Of a DNA stretch of 34,818 nt, positions 26,733-34,818 are shown piece after piece. Every line of letters begins with the position of its first letter. Within the stretch, counting starts at the first letter, position 1. Below the pieces are notes generated by a model. The model was given only the letters and a program-made list of their open reading frames with translations. It searched no databases and was not told the DNA's origin. A program made the position numbers and the translations under genes. This DNA comes from a virus (Duplodnaviria > Heunggongvirae > Uroviricota > Caudoviricetes), in the IMG/VR virus record IMGVR_UViG_3300042519_001716; one strand, 5' to 3'.

Positions 26733-28091
26733 TTAGTTTTCGGTTGTTTTAGGTATTTCATTAGGTGGGTCAGGTAAACTTCTATCTCTAAAGAAAAACT
26801 CTTCAGTCTCATAGTTTTTAACTGTTGCTCTAACCTCTTTAAACCAGTCTTTATATTGCGGATTAACATCTAAGAAATTTTCATTTCTTCTAACATCTAA
26901 TATTGTTGTAACTCTGAGTAGTTCTCTTCTGCTGATTTGTAATTGTAATAAATCTATATTAATTTCAGAATAAAGAAAATGAACCCAGGCACCGATTGCT
27001 GACCCAATAGCGTTTTTGTATGCGCCTTCTGGTAAGTTCTTGTGATATGATTCTAACTTATTCATTAATTCTTCTTTTAGATCTTCAGGTAAGATTCTTA
27101 TATCATAACATTGTGGATCTGTTAAAAAATTATTGAAGATAATATATGAAGGTTTGATTCCTAATTTAACGATTGTATCAAATAAGTCAGTAACATGAAA
27201 GACGTTTAGTATACTAATTGTTGGGGAAACAAAAACCTCAACACCCAACTTGAGTGCAGTTTCAATATTTTTATAGACGTTTTCCCAAACAGTGCCATGT
27301 CTAGCTAATTCTGCAACAGGTCCAACAGCATCTAACGACGCAAATAATTGCACTCTACCTTTTGGATTTTTAGCACAATTAATAAATGGTTCCCATAGTT
27401 TATTTAAATCCCATTTTTTAAATTGTATGTGACTAAAATTTGTATTATATCTTAAAATTACATCTGTTCTACCTGCAGCAATTAACTTTTCTAAAATAAT
27501 ATAATGTTCATCCATGATCAGTGGTTCACCGCCAGCAAAATAAATCTCTTGGACATCACCAATAAATTTATCTACATAGTTCATGATATCTTCTCTGGAT
27601 TCACTTCTGAAATTCATTAACCCATTATTGGATTGACCATGAATAGCCATCTCATCATCCGCCCATTTACTACTAGCAAACGTTCCACACATTCTGCATT
27701 TAAAATTACAAATGTTAGAGAATCTAAAGTCCCAATACTTTAAAGAAAAATCATTATTGTGGCCAGTTTCTCTATTTGTGTTTGCAATCATTTTATCAAC
27801 ATCAGCACCAAACTTTTCAGTCATGTTAACTCTAGGACTAACCGCACCGTTATCTTCCATCATGTAACATCTATTACAAAGCATAGGTTTTTCTCCCTTT
27901 AACATTTTTTTACGAATGTTCTTCATAACAAATCCGTTCCACACTTCCTCTAAGGTATCTTCTTTGGTGTTACCGATTGGCATATCATGTGGGGTCATGC
28001 AACAAGGTTGTATATTACCATTTGGTTGTATCATTAAATGCGTCCATGGTAAGATACAGAAAGTATCACTTACGGGTGTTTTTTTGCTCAT
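26733..28091 (-). CDS. Radical SAM protein with N-terminal SPASM/twitch domain (member 1)
   Basis: CILPWTH..QPCC..CNRC; RFSNICNFKCRMC; AGGEPL. Confidence 0.9.
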   Translation of the reverse strand: MSKKTPVSDTFCILPWTHLMIQPNGNIQPCCMTPHDMPIGNTKEDTLEEVWNGFVMKNIRKKMLKGEKPMLCNRCYMMEDNGAVSPRVNMTEKFGADVDKMIANTNRETGHNNDFSLKYWDFRFSNICNFKCRMCGTFASSKWADDEMAIHGQSNNGLMNFRSESREDIMNYVDKFIGDVQEIYFAGGEPLIMDEHYIILEKLIAAGRTDVILRYNTNFSHIQFKKWDLNKLWEPFINCAKNPKGRVQLFASLDAVGPVAELARHGTVWENVYKNIETALKLGVEVFVSPTISILNVFHVTDLFDTIVKLGIKPSYIIFNNFLTDPQCYDIRILPEDLKEELMNKLESYHKNLPEGAYKNAIGSAIGAWVHFLYSEINIDLLQLQISRRELLRVTTILDVRRNENFLDVNPQYKDWFKEVRATVKNYETEEFFFRDRSLPDPPNEIPKTTEN

Positions 28092-28094
28092 TAT

Positions 28095-28934
28095 CTAAAT
28101 TGTTACAATTTTATCTCTTAAGACATCCCATTTTGAATAGTCATTAAAGTTAATATACGAAAAATTATCTAGTTTTTCAAATAAAAACTCAGGTTTATTA
28201 ATATCTACGATCCACTTGTTCTTTTCTAATTCTTCATATAATTTTTCATACTCCCAGAACCAAGTATAATCAATTCTAGTATCCGCAACCTCCTTAATTC
28301 TGGCATTACATGTTGAATCCCATTTAAAGTGATGTACTTGTGTGAAAACAATATCAATTGGCATTCTTTTTCTATGCCATCTACCCCAACTATTCTTATT
28401 ATTACCAAAATCAGCATAATGTTGGCCAGATGTAACATCTTGAGAACCAAGCATTAGTGTAACTTTATTGGGGCACGCATTTGACATTGGATATCTGAAA
28501 AATCCAGCATATGGGAATAGCTTATGTATATCACTATCTCTTTCAACAATTGGAAATGTTCCACCTTCCCCTAGTCTATCTAAAAATCCACCGGTTACAA
28601 ATGTAAAATTATTTTCTTCACATTCTTTAATAATATCTCTAATATCATATGGATACACTTGTAGCTCATCATCATCTGAAACGATCCACCATTCATTCGG
28701 TTTAGTTCGCTTAATGGTATTATACATTTCAGTTACCTTATTCCAATTATACTTTGGTTCAGTAACAACTATAAACGGTTCAATACCAAGATTTCTAACT
28801 TCTTCTAAAATACCATCGTTTTCGTGTTGTCTATAAACACCAACATATATCTTATCTACCATACCTTCATAGTGTTTTAGCATATGAGGTAATATGTGAG
28901 TGTTTCTTCCAACTACTGTTACAAGGTTAAGCAT
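28095..28934 (-). CDS. Glycosyltransferase family 2-like protein
   Basis: LPHMLKHY..VDKIYV, WWIVSDDDEL (DxD-type), GGFLDR, KVTL, HHFKW. Confidence 0.7.
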   Translation of the reverse strand: MLNLVTVVGRNTHILPHMLKHYEGMVDKIYVGVYRQHENDGILEEVRNLGIEPFIVVTEPKYNWNKVTEMYNTIKRTKPNEWWIVSDDDELQVYPYDIRDIIKECEENNFTFVTGGFLDRLGEGGTFPIVERDSDIHKLFPYAGFFRYPMSNACPNKVTLMLGSQDVTSGQHYADFGNNKNSWGRWHRKRMPIDIVFTQVHHFKWDSTCNARIKEVADTRIDYTWFWEYEKLYEELEKNKWIVDINKPEFLFEKLDNFSYINFNDYSKWDVLRDKIVTI

Positions 28935-30336
28935 AGTTGGTAATCATTTTAACATTTATAAATTTAGTATTAGGGTATAGTGTCTCATCAACATTATCAA
29001 TTTCTAACACTTCTAATATTTTATTTAATCCGTCTTCTTTATAATTTAATTTACCTTGTTGCATTTCTGTAACAAAGCGTTTTTCATTTTTTGCTGTTGT
29101 TTCACCTTTAGCCCAATTACCATTAATAAACCCTTCATCAATATGTGGTAAACAATAAAATCTACCCTCTCTTCTAAAGGGAACAACATTCTCAAAGATT
29201 TCAATGTCTTCGTTAGTTAAGTTTATGTTTTGTTTAATTATACTATCACTTGTTAGATCCATTTCTAATACCAGATTTTCTTTATTTTGTGATATTATAT
29301 TTATATCACTAAAATACTTATTATAAATTTTAAAATCAGATATTTTACCTTTAAATCTGGTGTTTACATGTGAACAAAATCCTAGCAAAAACGGCTTTAT
29401 TGAATCATGTGTTTTAAGATCATTCTTTACAAGAAATGGTGCGTTTTGTTTTATACCACTTATTTGTGAAATCAACTCATCATTAATATAAAAATATGCA
29501 TTCTTTTCTTCACTACTATAACTAAAAGTAACCTTTGTCCACATACCCTCAAATCTTTTAGCCCAGTTATAATGATTTAAACCATCTCTATCAAATAACG
29601 CCATAGTAACAGCTCTAGAATTGTTAAATGAAATTCCCCAGGTCCAACTACCATCTTTTCTTAATATTGGATATTCTATGAATTTTTTATTCTTATCACC
29701 AACTCTAAAAATGGGAACTTTATCATCTTGTTGTTCAGCGTTAAAGGTTAATGTTATTGTATGATCATTGTGTAAACACGAACTGATCTCACGATTAGTT
29801 GGTATATAAATCGCAGAATCATCACCATTGAAATTTGCAATGAGTTTGTTTTTTTCAGTGTCTATAACCCTGCCAGTTGTCATCCCTTCAAAATGACATC
29901 TCCAAAATAAATCATCATCTTCTTGACCCCAATCCCAATACTCATTTGAATAACCGTTAGTTTTATATGCTTGTTCTTTTGTGAATAATACCACACCACC
30001 AAAGTATTGATCATAACCTAAGGTATAATTGTATTTTGATAACTTTGTTGAGATATGAATCGGTGTATCATCTGAATATGAATAATCAGATTCCTCGTGC
30101 CCAAGCATATCGACATCATGCCAAGCCACATAATCACAACCATCTTCAAATGCGTAATGAGCTGCAATATTTTTCATTGCACCTCGATTAAAAAGTTTAT
30201 CGTCTATTTGATGCCCAACATAAAATGCGTGTTCAATACCTTTTTCATTTAAATGTTTTGTTAAATGAGGTATTAACCTTTCAATGTGATCCTTTCTGTT
30301 TCTATATGGTATACAAATACCTAATTTATGACTCAT
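28927..30336 (-). CDS. GT7-like (beta-1,4-galactosyltransferase-type) glycosyltransferase with inserted LamG/ConA-like domain
   Basis: IPYRNR, FNRGAMKNI, HDVDML, YFGGV, NGYSNEYWDWGQEDDDL, then ~230 aa of LamG-like sequence, then RREGRFYCLPH..KRF..DGL. Confidence 0.8.
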   Translation of the reverse strand: MSHKLGICIPYRNRKDHIERLIPHLTKHLNEKGIEHAFYVGHQIDDKLFNRGAMKNIAAHYAFEDGCDYVAWHDVDMLGHEESDYSYSDDTPIHISTKLSKYNYTLGYDQYFGGVVLFTKEQAYKTNGYSNEYWDWGQEDDDLFWRCHFEGMTTGRVIDTEKNKLIANFNGDDSAIYIPTNREISSCLHNDHTITLTFNAEQQDDKVPIFRVGDKNKKFIEYPILRKDGSWTWGISFNNSRAVTMALFDRDGLNHYNWAKRFEGMWTKVTFSYSSEEKNAYFYINDELISQISGIKQNAPFLVKNDLKTHDSIKPFLLGFCSHVNTRFKGKISDFKIYNKYFSDINIISQNKENLVLEMDLTSDSIIKQNINLTNEDIEIFENVVPFRREGRFYCLPHIDEGFINGNWAKGETTAKNEKRFVTEMQQGKLNYKEDGLNKILEVLEIDNVDETLYPNTKFINVKMITNYA

Positions 30337-31760
30337 ATTCCAACTATTGCTTGATACGTATTATTGTCTTTAATGAATGCGTGTTGAACAAATTCCACAC
30401 TTGATACCCCATCATCAATCATTAAATTATGGTTTAAAGAAACCTCATTATGAAATCTTAATTGATTCCATCTGGTATTATCATCTTTCCATCGGTTCCC
30501 CAAAAATCCATTTTCCTCATGTTTAATTGATTTAAATTTTGATTTTCTTCTATGCGGAACTTTTAATTCGGTATATTCTGGATAGTTTTGTTTTATTATT
30601 TCACAATTAAATATTTTACCTTTTACACCATTATTACTTAAATCAACTAACTGATAATTTTCAATAAAATCACCATCGTAATAAATTTTAAGATCGTTTT
30701 TAGATTTATATTCCCCAAAAGATTCATTCAAGTAAAATGTTTTATTATTAGAAATTTCTTTAATTTCTTCTTCTGACAACATCTTATCGAAGTAGGCGAA
30801 ACTATCTATTGTTCCTTTAAAGTGATTTGGTATCTTTTCCCTTTCTGGCTTTCCGGCGCCTAGATAAAATTTTGGTTCTTTTTTATAATATAAAAGTCTT
30901 TTAAAACATTCTGTTTTTCCAATTAACTCACCGTCTTGATACACCTTGATATATTTTTCATCTCTATTAAAAACAACAACCATGTTTGTTTTGTAGTTGG
31001 TTTTAATTTCTGAATTAACAAAATGTGGAGTATGTTTACTATCAAATGCACAAAAATTATATCTACAAAAAGAATTATAGGATATCGCAAAATCCCATCC
31101 AGGTATGCTAAAGACAGTAAACTCGTCACTATCTTTTTTATGATCAAATATCATATTTTCTGGGCAAAAGGAAATAAAAAATGTTGCATCATTATTTAAA
31201 TCAATTGTGTTTTCACATTCAACATAGGTGTTTACTCCATTGAATTTTAACGCCTTTCCGTTTTTACCCATGTTCTTTATTTTTAGGGTATTTAATTCAA
31301 TATCATTAATTCTACATCTTAATAATAAATCGGTATCTTCATAACCCCATCCCCAATATTTGTTAGAGTATCCATTAATTTTTTTAAATGCTTCAACCGG
31401 GAATAATGTTACACCCCCAAAATATTCTTCAAAAATTTCTCTTTCTTTTTCCCCTTCTTCAAATTCGAAGTCTGTAGCTAAATGAAGTGGAACGTCTGAA
31501 TATGAATAATCTACATATAATGGTAACATGTCAATATCATGAAAAGCAACATAGTCACAACCACGCTTTACCGCATAGTTAAAACCAATGTTTAATATCA
31601 TGCCTCTATTAAATAATTTTGCACCATCTTGTTCGATAATAAAGATTTCATGATCAATATGTTCTTTTTTTAAAAAATGTGACACACTTCTTTTAAAAAG
31701 ACCAAGTTGATTTGCTCTATTTCGATACGGAACAATGATACCTAATTTATGTTTAGCCAT
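30333..31760 (-). CDS. GT7-like glycosyltransferase with inserted LamG domain (paralog)
   Basis: VPYRNR, FNRGMILNIG, HDIDML, YFGGV, WGWGYEDTDL; LamG-like ALKFNGVNTYV..FKGTIDSFAYFDKMLSEEEI. Confidence 0.82.
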   Translation of the reverse strand: MAKHKLGIIVPYRNRANQLGLFKRSVSHFLKKEHIDHEIFIIEQDGAKLFNRGMILNIGFNYAVKRGCDYVAFHDIDMLPLYVDYSYSDVPLHLATDFEFEEGEKEREIFEEYFGGVTLFPVEAFKKINGYSNKYWGWGYEDTDLLLRCRINDIELNTLKIKNMGKNGKALKFNGVNTYVECENTIDLNNDATFFISFCPENMIFDHKKDSDEFTVFSIPGWDFAISYNSFCRYNFCAFDSKHTPHFVNSEIKTNYKTNMVVVFNRDEKYIKVYQDGELIGKTECFKRLLYYKKEPKFYLGAGKPEREKIPNHFKGTIDSFAYFDKMLSEEEIKEISNNKTFYLNESFGEYKSKNDLKIYYDGDFIENYQLVDLSNNGVKGKIFNCEIIKQNYPEYTELKVPHRRKSKFKSIKHEENGFLGNRWKDDNTRWNQLRFHNEVSLNHNLMIDDGVSSVEFVQHAFIKDNNTYQAIVGI

Positions 31761-31959
31761 TTATTGTTGGGTCTTTAGGTTGTATTGATTTGTGCCATTC
31801 AGCCAAGTAATGTTGAATTCTATCACTCCATTCTTGTTTATCAACCTCCTCAAACCAAACGGTTAAGGCGTCCATTGAATTTGCAATTTTTTCTAATGCT
31901 TTTACTTTGCGTTGTTCCAAAAGCAATTCTTCTTGTTCTTTTTCTGCTTTAGTACTCAT
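31753..31959 (-). CDS. Small hypothetical protein (68 aa, helical)
   Basis: ORF overlaps both neighbours within the coupled operon. Confidence 0.6.
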   Translation of the reverse strand: MSTKAEKEQEELLLEQRKVKALEKIANSMDALTVWFEEVDKQEWSDRIQHYLAEWHKSIQPKDPTING

Positions 31960-32738
31960 ATTGATGTTATTTTTTTTATTAGTTTATCCCATTTTCTATA
32001 AACTCTATGTTTAGGCATTTCTCCATTACCCTGAATCATAAAATCTGGGTTATTTAAATCTATTTTAAATTTATTTTTTCTTAATTGGTCTGTAGTTTTA
32101 GAATCTAACTTAAAATCATGTACTTGAACTGTGTATGTTTTAGCTATTAATGGATGTTCCCATCCTTGCCACTTCCATGTTGTTTCACCATCTATTTTGG
32201 CATAGTATTGGCCAGGAGTTAATTCGATATGACCTTTCATCACGCAGACTCTGTTAGGGTTTTTTTTACTCATCGGGTGTGCAAAAAAACCCATTGTTGG
32301 GTATTGATCAAATATTAATTGATCTTCAATAATTTGTGAGTATTGACTATCTGTGGAAATTCTATCTATTACACCACCTCTAACTAATTGATAGCCATTC
32401 TCTTCACAATTATCAATCATATAACGGAGATTGTCGTGTGGATATAAATGAAATTCATTAATGTTAGCAATAACCCACCAATCGTTTTGTTTTTGTGATT
32501 TTACAAAATTATATAATTGAGTAGCTCTGTCAACATCATAAGTTTTATTTTTAATCACCTTTACAATCTTAACATTATCTTCGTTTTCAATTAGTTGTGA
32601 AATTTCATTACCTAATAATGGATGTGCATCTGTTTCATAAACAGCAATATTGATTTCATCAACATATTGTCGATAGTGTTTTATGAAGTGTGGAAGTAAT
32701 TCAATTCCGTCAGCAATAACTGTTAAAAGCCTAATCAT
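31956..32738 (-). CDS. GT2-like paralog with degenerate acidic motif
   Basis: Aligns with 28095-28934 (LPHFIKHY, GGVIDR, RVCV, VHDFK) but has WWVIANINEF in place of WWIVSDDDEL. Confidence 0.6.
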   Translation of the reverse strand: MIRLLTVIADGIELLPHFIKHYRQYVDEINIAVYETDAHPLLGNEISQLIENEDNVKIVKVIKNKTYDVDRATQLYNFVKSQKQNDWWVIANINEFHLYPHDNLRYMIDNCEENGYQLVRGGVIDRISTDSQYSQIIEDQLIFDQYPTMGFFAHPMSKKNPNRVCVMKGHIELTPGQYYAKIDGETTWKWQGWEHPLIAKTYTVQVHDFKLDSKTTDQLRKNKFKIDLNNPDFMIQGNGEMPKHRVYRKWDKLIKKITSI

Positions 32739-33480
32739 ATTTCCTATTAATAATGGTTATACCACTAGATGATGGTTTATCCATTAATATACGGAAATTA
32801 TGTAAATTAATCAAGTTCCAGTCAGAATTTTTTTGGAGTTCTTTAACCAGTTTGCTTGGGCCATCAAATCTATGGTGATCTTTTTTTGAGTCTTCGGAAA
32901 CAATTAATGTTTCTTCATATTCATCGTCCGTATCATGTAAGATGATAACACCTTTGGGTGATAATATTTGAGAATAAAGATCAAAATCCTTCTTAACACC
33001 CTCGTATGAATGATCGCCGTCGATAAATAATAAATCTATTTTAATATCTTGTCTAATAAAGAAATTATAAAACGCAGCTTCCGAGGTTTCTTTAATAAAC
33101 CTAGGATTAAAATTTTTTCTATAAAAGGAATTTTTATCATCTAAATCATTTGGCCCTCCAATACCATTACATGCATCAACAACATATGTGGCTCCAATAT
33201 CACCCCAACTATGGTTATCATCACCCTCGAAGATATTAGCGTGATATAAGTCGATTCTAGCCTGTGTCATTATTCTAGGTATAAATCCACCACCAGAACC
33301 AATACATACACAATTTTTGGCTCTCATGTGTTGAATCATAGAATATACAATGATACCATCACCCATGTGTAAATCGGTAGCCCCATGTGTCCAACGATAT
33401 GGTACTGGTTGATCACCGTTGTTGGTAATATTGTTTTTTATATAATCGTTATTCGTTATCATTTCATCCAATTTGGCCAC
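32731..33480 (-). CDS. Class I SAM-dependent methyltransferase (Methyltransf_24-like)
   Basis: VCIGSGGG, LLFIDGDHSYEGVKKDF, GVIILHD. Confidence 0.85.
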   Translation of the reverse strand: MAKLDEMITNNDYIKNNITNNGDQPVPYRWTHGATDLHMGDGIIVYSMIQHMRAKNCVCIGSGGGFIPRIMTQARIDLYHANIFEGDDNHSWGDIGATYVVDACNGIGGPNDLDDKNSFYRKNFNPRFIKETSEAAFYNFFIRQDIKIDLLFIDGDHSYEGVKKDFDLYSQILSPKGVIILHDTDDEYEETLIVSEDSKKDHHRFDGPSKLVKELQKNSDWNLINLHNFRILMDKPSSSGITIINRKYD

Positions 33481-34193
33481 AAATGTCGTGGTGTGTGTAT
33501 TCTACTTATACTTATCATCTTACCTTCTAGTAAACTATACAATTCTAGATCTCTTTGTATTTCTATATTAGCAGATTTGCAACTTATTTGTATTGATATA
33601 CCTTCACCGGCACCACTTATTTCTTTTTTCAAAGGTAAGTCTGAAAATTCTTTTACCACTTGTAATTTCTCATAATAATAGTAAAATGAATTTACATCAA
33701 ATCCATCTTTATTGATTACCAAGAAATATTCCCACATTGTTTCAAGATTAAAGAATGGTGGATATAGTTTAGATGCATATTCAACATATGTTTTCCATTC
33801 GGGATTGGTTTGATTAACCAAATCTTTTACAATACCTTTTTTTGCACTATGATTCAATAAAGTATCAATATATGATACACCTTTATTAAAACTATATGTT
33901 TTTAATGATTCTAAAAATGAATAATCTGTGACGTGTGTGTCCGCATCAAGTAAAATGCAAATATCATGATTTTTTAAGATGTATTTTGGTAATATCATCT
34001 TATCTGAATATGACTTTAAGTGTCTATTGTATTGAATAACATGTACTTGTGGGTATTCTATAAATTCTTCAGGTTTGTCTGTTAATACGTAAACAGATAA
34101 TTCAGCATTTAATAGTTGTTTAATTTTTTCTTTGGTTCCTCGATAATAATAGTCTTCGCCAAAACAAAATATTCCAAACCCTATGTTATTCAT
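33459..34193 (-). CDS. Putative GT-A-fold glycosyltransferase
   Basis: VYVLTD and CILLDADT (DxD) motifs; located in the glycosylation block. Confidence 0.45.
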   Translation of the reverse strand: MNNIGFGIFCFGEDYYYRGTKEKIKQLLNAELSVYVLTDKPEEFIEYPQVHVIQYNRHLKSYSDKMILPKYILKNHDICILLDADTHVTDYSFLESLKTYSFNKGVSYIDTLLNHSAKKGIVKDLVNQTNPEWKTYVEYASKLYPPFFNLETMWEYFLVINKDGFDVNSFYYYYEKLQVVKEFSDLPLKKEISGAGEGISIQISCKSANIEIQRDLELYSLLEGKMISISRIHTPRHLWPNWMK

Positions 34194-34199
34194 AGGTCA

Positions 34200-34228
34200 A
34201 ATATATATAATTTTTATTAAAATGTAAA
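34200..34228 (-). promoter_or_regulatory. Sigma70-like promoter TTTACA-N17-TATATT(TG)
   Basis: -35 at 34223-34228, -10 at 34200-34205, 17-nt spacer, at the head of the GT/radical SAM operon. Confidence 0.55.
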
Positions 34229-34813
34229 TTACATAGCACCTAAAAACATTCCCGTAAATAAAAAGTAATCTGAATAGAATCTACCAACGGTTCCACCGAA
34301 ATATGGTCGAACACTAACATAATCACCTATACCTAAATAAATGATTGCGTGTGTATGAATACCATCTACGTGATTTGCAACGGCACCATGACCATATATG
34401 TTTAATGGGGTATATCCTTCATTCCAAGAGTCTACACCATTTTTACCGAATCCAAAATGGATATATCCAGATGTTGAATTGTTATCATTGTGATAATATG
34501 CTTGTGCGTAAAAATAATAATGACCAGCTAATGGTGCGGTGAATCTACCTGTTGAATTGCTAAAACCAGAACCAACTTGCGTTGATGTATAACCAATTTG
34601 ACTACCAACTTCTCTCCATGCCGTTCCTCCAAAATTACCAGAATATAACCAACTACCAACAGTTCCCGCAGCATTAAAAGATGGTTGTCCCGATGCCCGT
34701 AAATTTGTACCAACACTTAAATTACCATTCAAGGATACTCCCGTATCAAACGCACCTGAGTTTTGATTTATTGTTGATTCAGAATATGTTGTATCTCCTA
34801 CGTATATTGCCAT
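34229..34813 (-). CDS. C1q-like domain protein (putative virion/fibre protein)
   Basis: QPSFNA, FSNSTGRFTAPLAGHYYF, YLGIGDYVSV, FTGMFL match the gC1q pattern. Confidence 0.8.
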   Translation of the reverse strand: MAIYVGDTTYSESTINQNSGAFDTGVSLNGNLSVGTNLRASGQPSFNAAGTVGSWLYSGNFGGTAWREVGSQIGYTSTQVGSGFSNSTGRFTAPLAGHYYFYAQAYYHNDNNSTSGYIHFGFGKNGVDSWNEGYTPLNIYGHGAVANHVDGIHTHAIIYLGIGDYVSVRPYFGGTVGRFYSDYFLFTGMFLGAM

Positions 34814-34818
34814 AATTT

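Noticed and set aside
1-34818. Stop-codon reassignment as in some large phages
   Set aside because: The standard code gives full-length, tightly abutting genes, and TAA, TGA and TAG all terminate ORFs.
1-34818. tRNA, rRNA, integrase or transposase
   Set aside because: Intergenic gaps are under 100 nt and AT-only, and no ORF shows recombinase or transposase motifs.

Overview
AT-rich, densely packed window in which every credible gene lies on the minus strand, often with ATGA/TAATG stop-start overlaps and no obvious Shine-Dalgarno motifs. It reads as part of a large tailed dsDNA phage genome; a Bacteroidota-like host is a weak inference. In transcription order (right to left) it encodes: a C1q-domain virion protein; a glycosylation block (GT-like protein, SAM methyltransferase, two GT2-like proteins, two GT7-like enzymes split by a LamG insert); six tandem SPASM/twitch-radical SAM paralogs; a PAPS-supply trio (CysC, HIGH-motif nucleotidyltransferase, DUF2061); a 7-kb tailoring cluster (five 2OG-Fe(II) oxygenases, three sulfotransferases, a SET protein, a Cys-rich protein) surrounding an ATP-grasp-Hint-Cys/Trp/Tyr-peptide fusion and an unannotated 48-aa ORF; a 1642-aa Ser/Thr-rich fibre; three beta-propeller-like paralogs; and a terminal module (two hypothetical proteins, radical SAM/SPASM, U32-family Fe-S protein, methyltransferase). 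Two signals stand out. (1) Ten of twelve consecutive ORFs at 12184-19369, from several unrelated folds, end in the same basic-x-Leu-Ile-COOH tail. (2) The two exceptions are a Hint-domain fusion that could release a 33-aa RiPP-like peptide and the small ORF beside it. Together these suggest a tag-organised, phage-encoded peptide/protein modification system. All family calls come from motif recognition by eye; no database searches were run.
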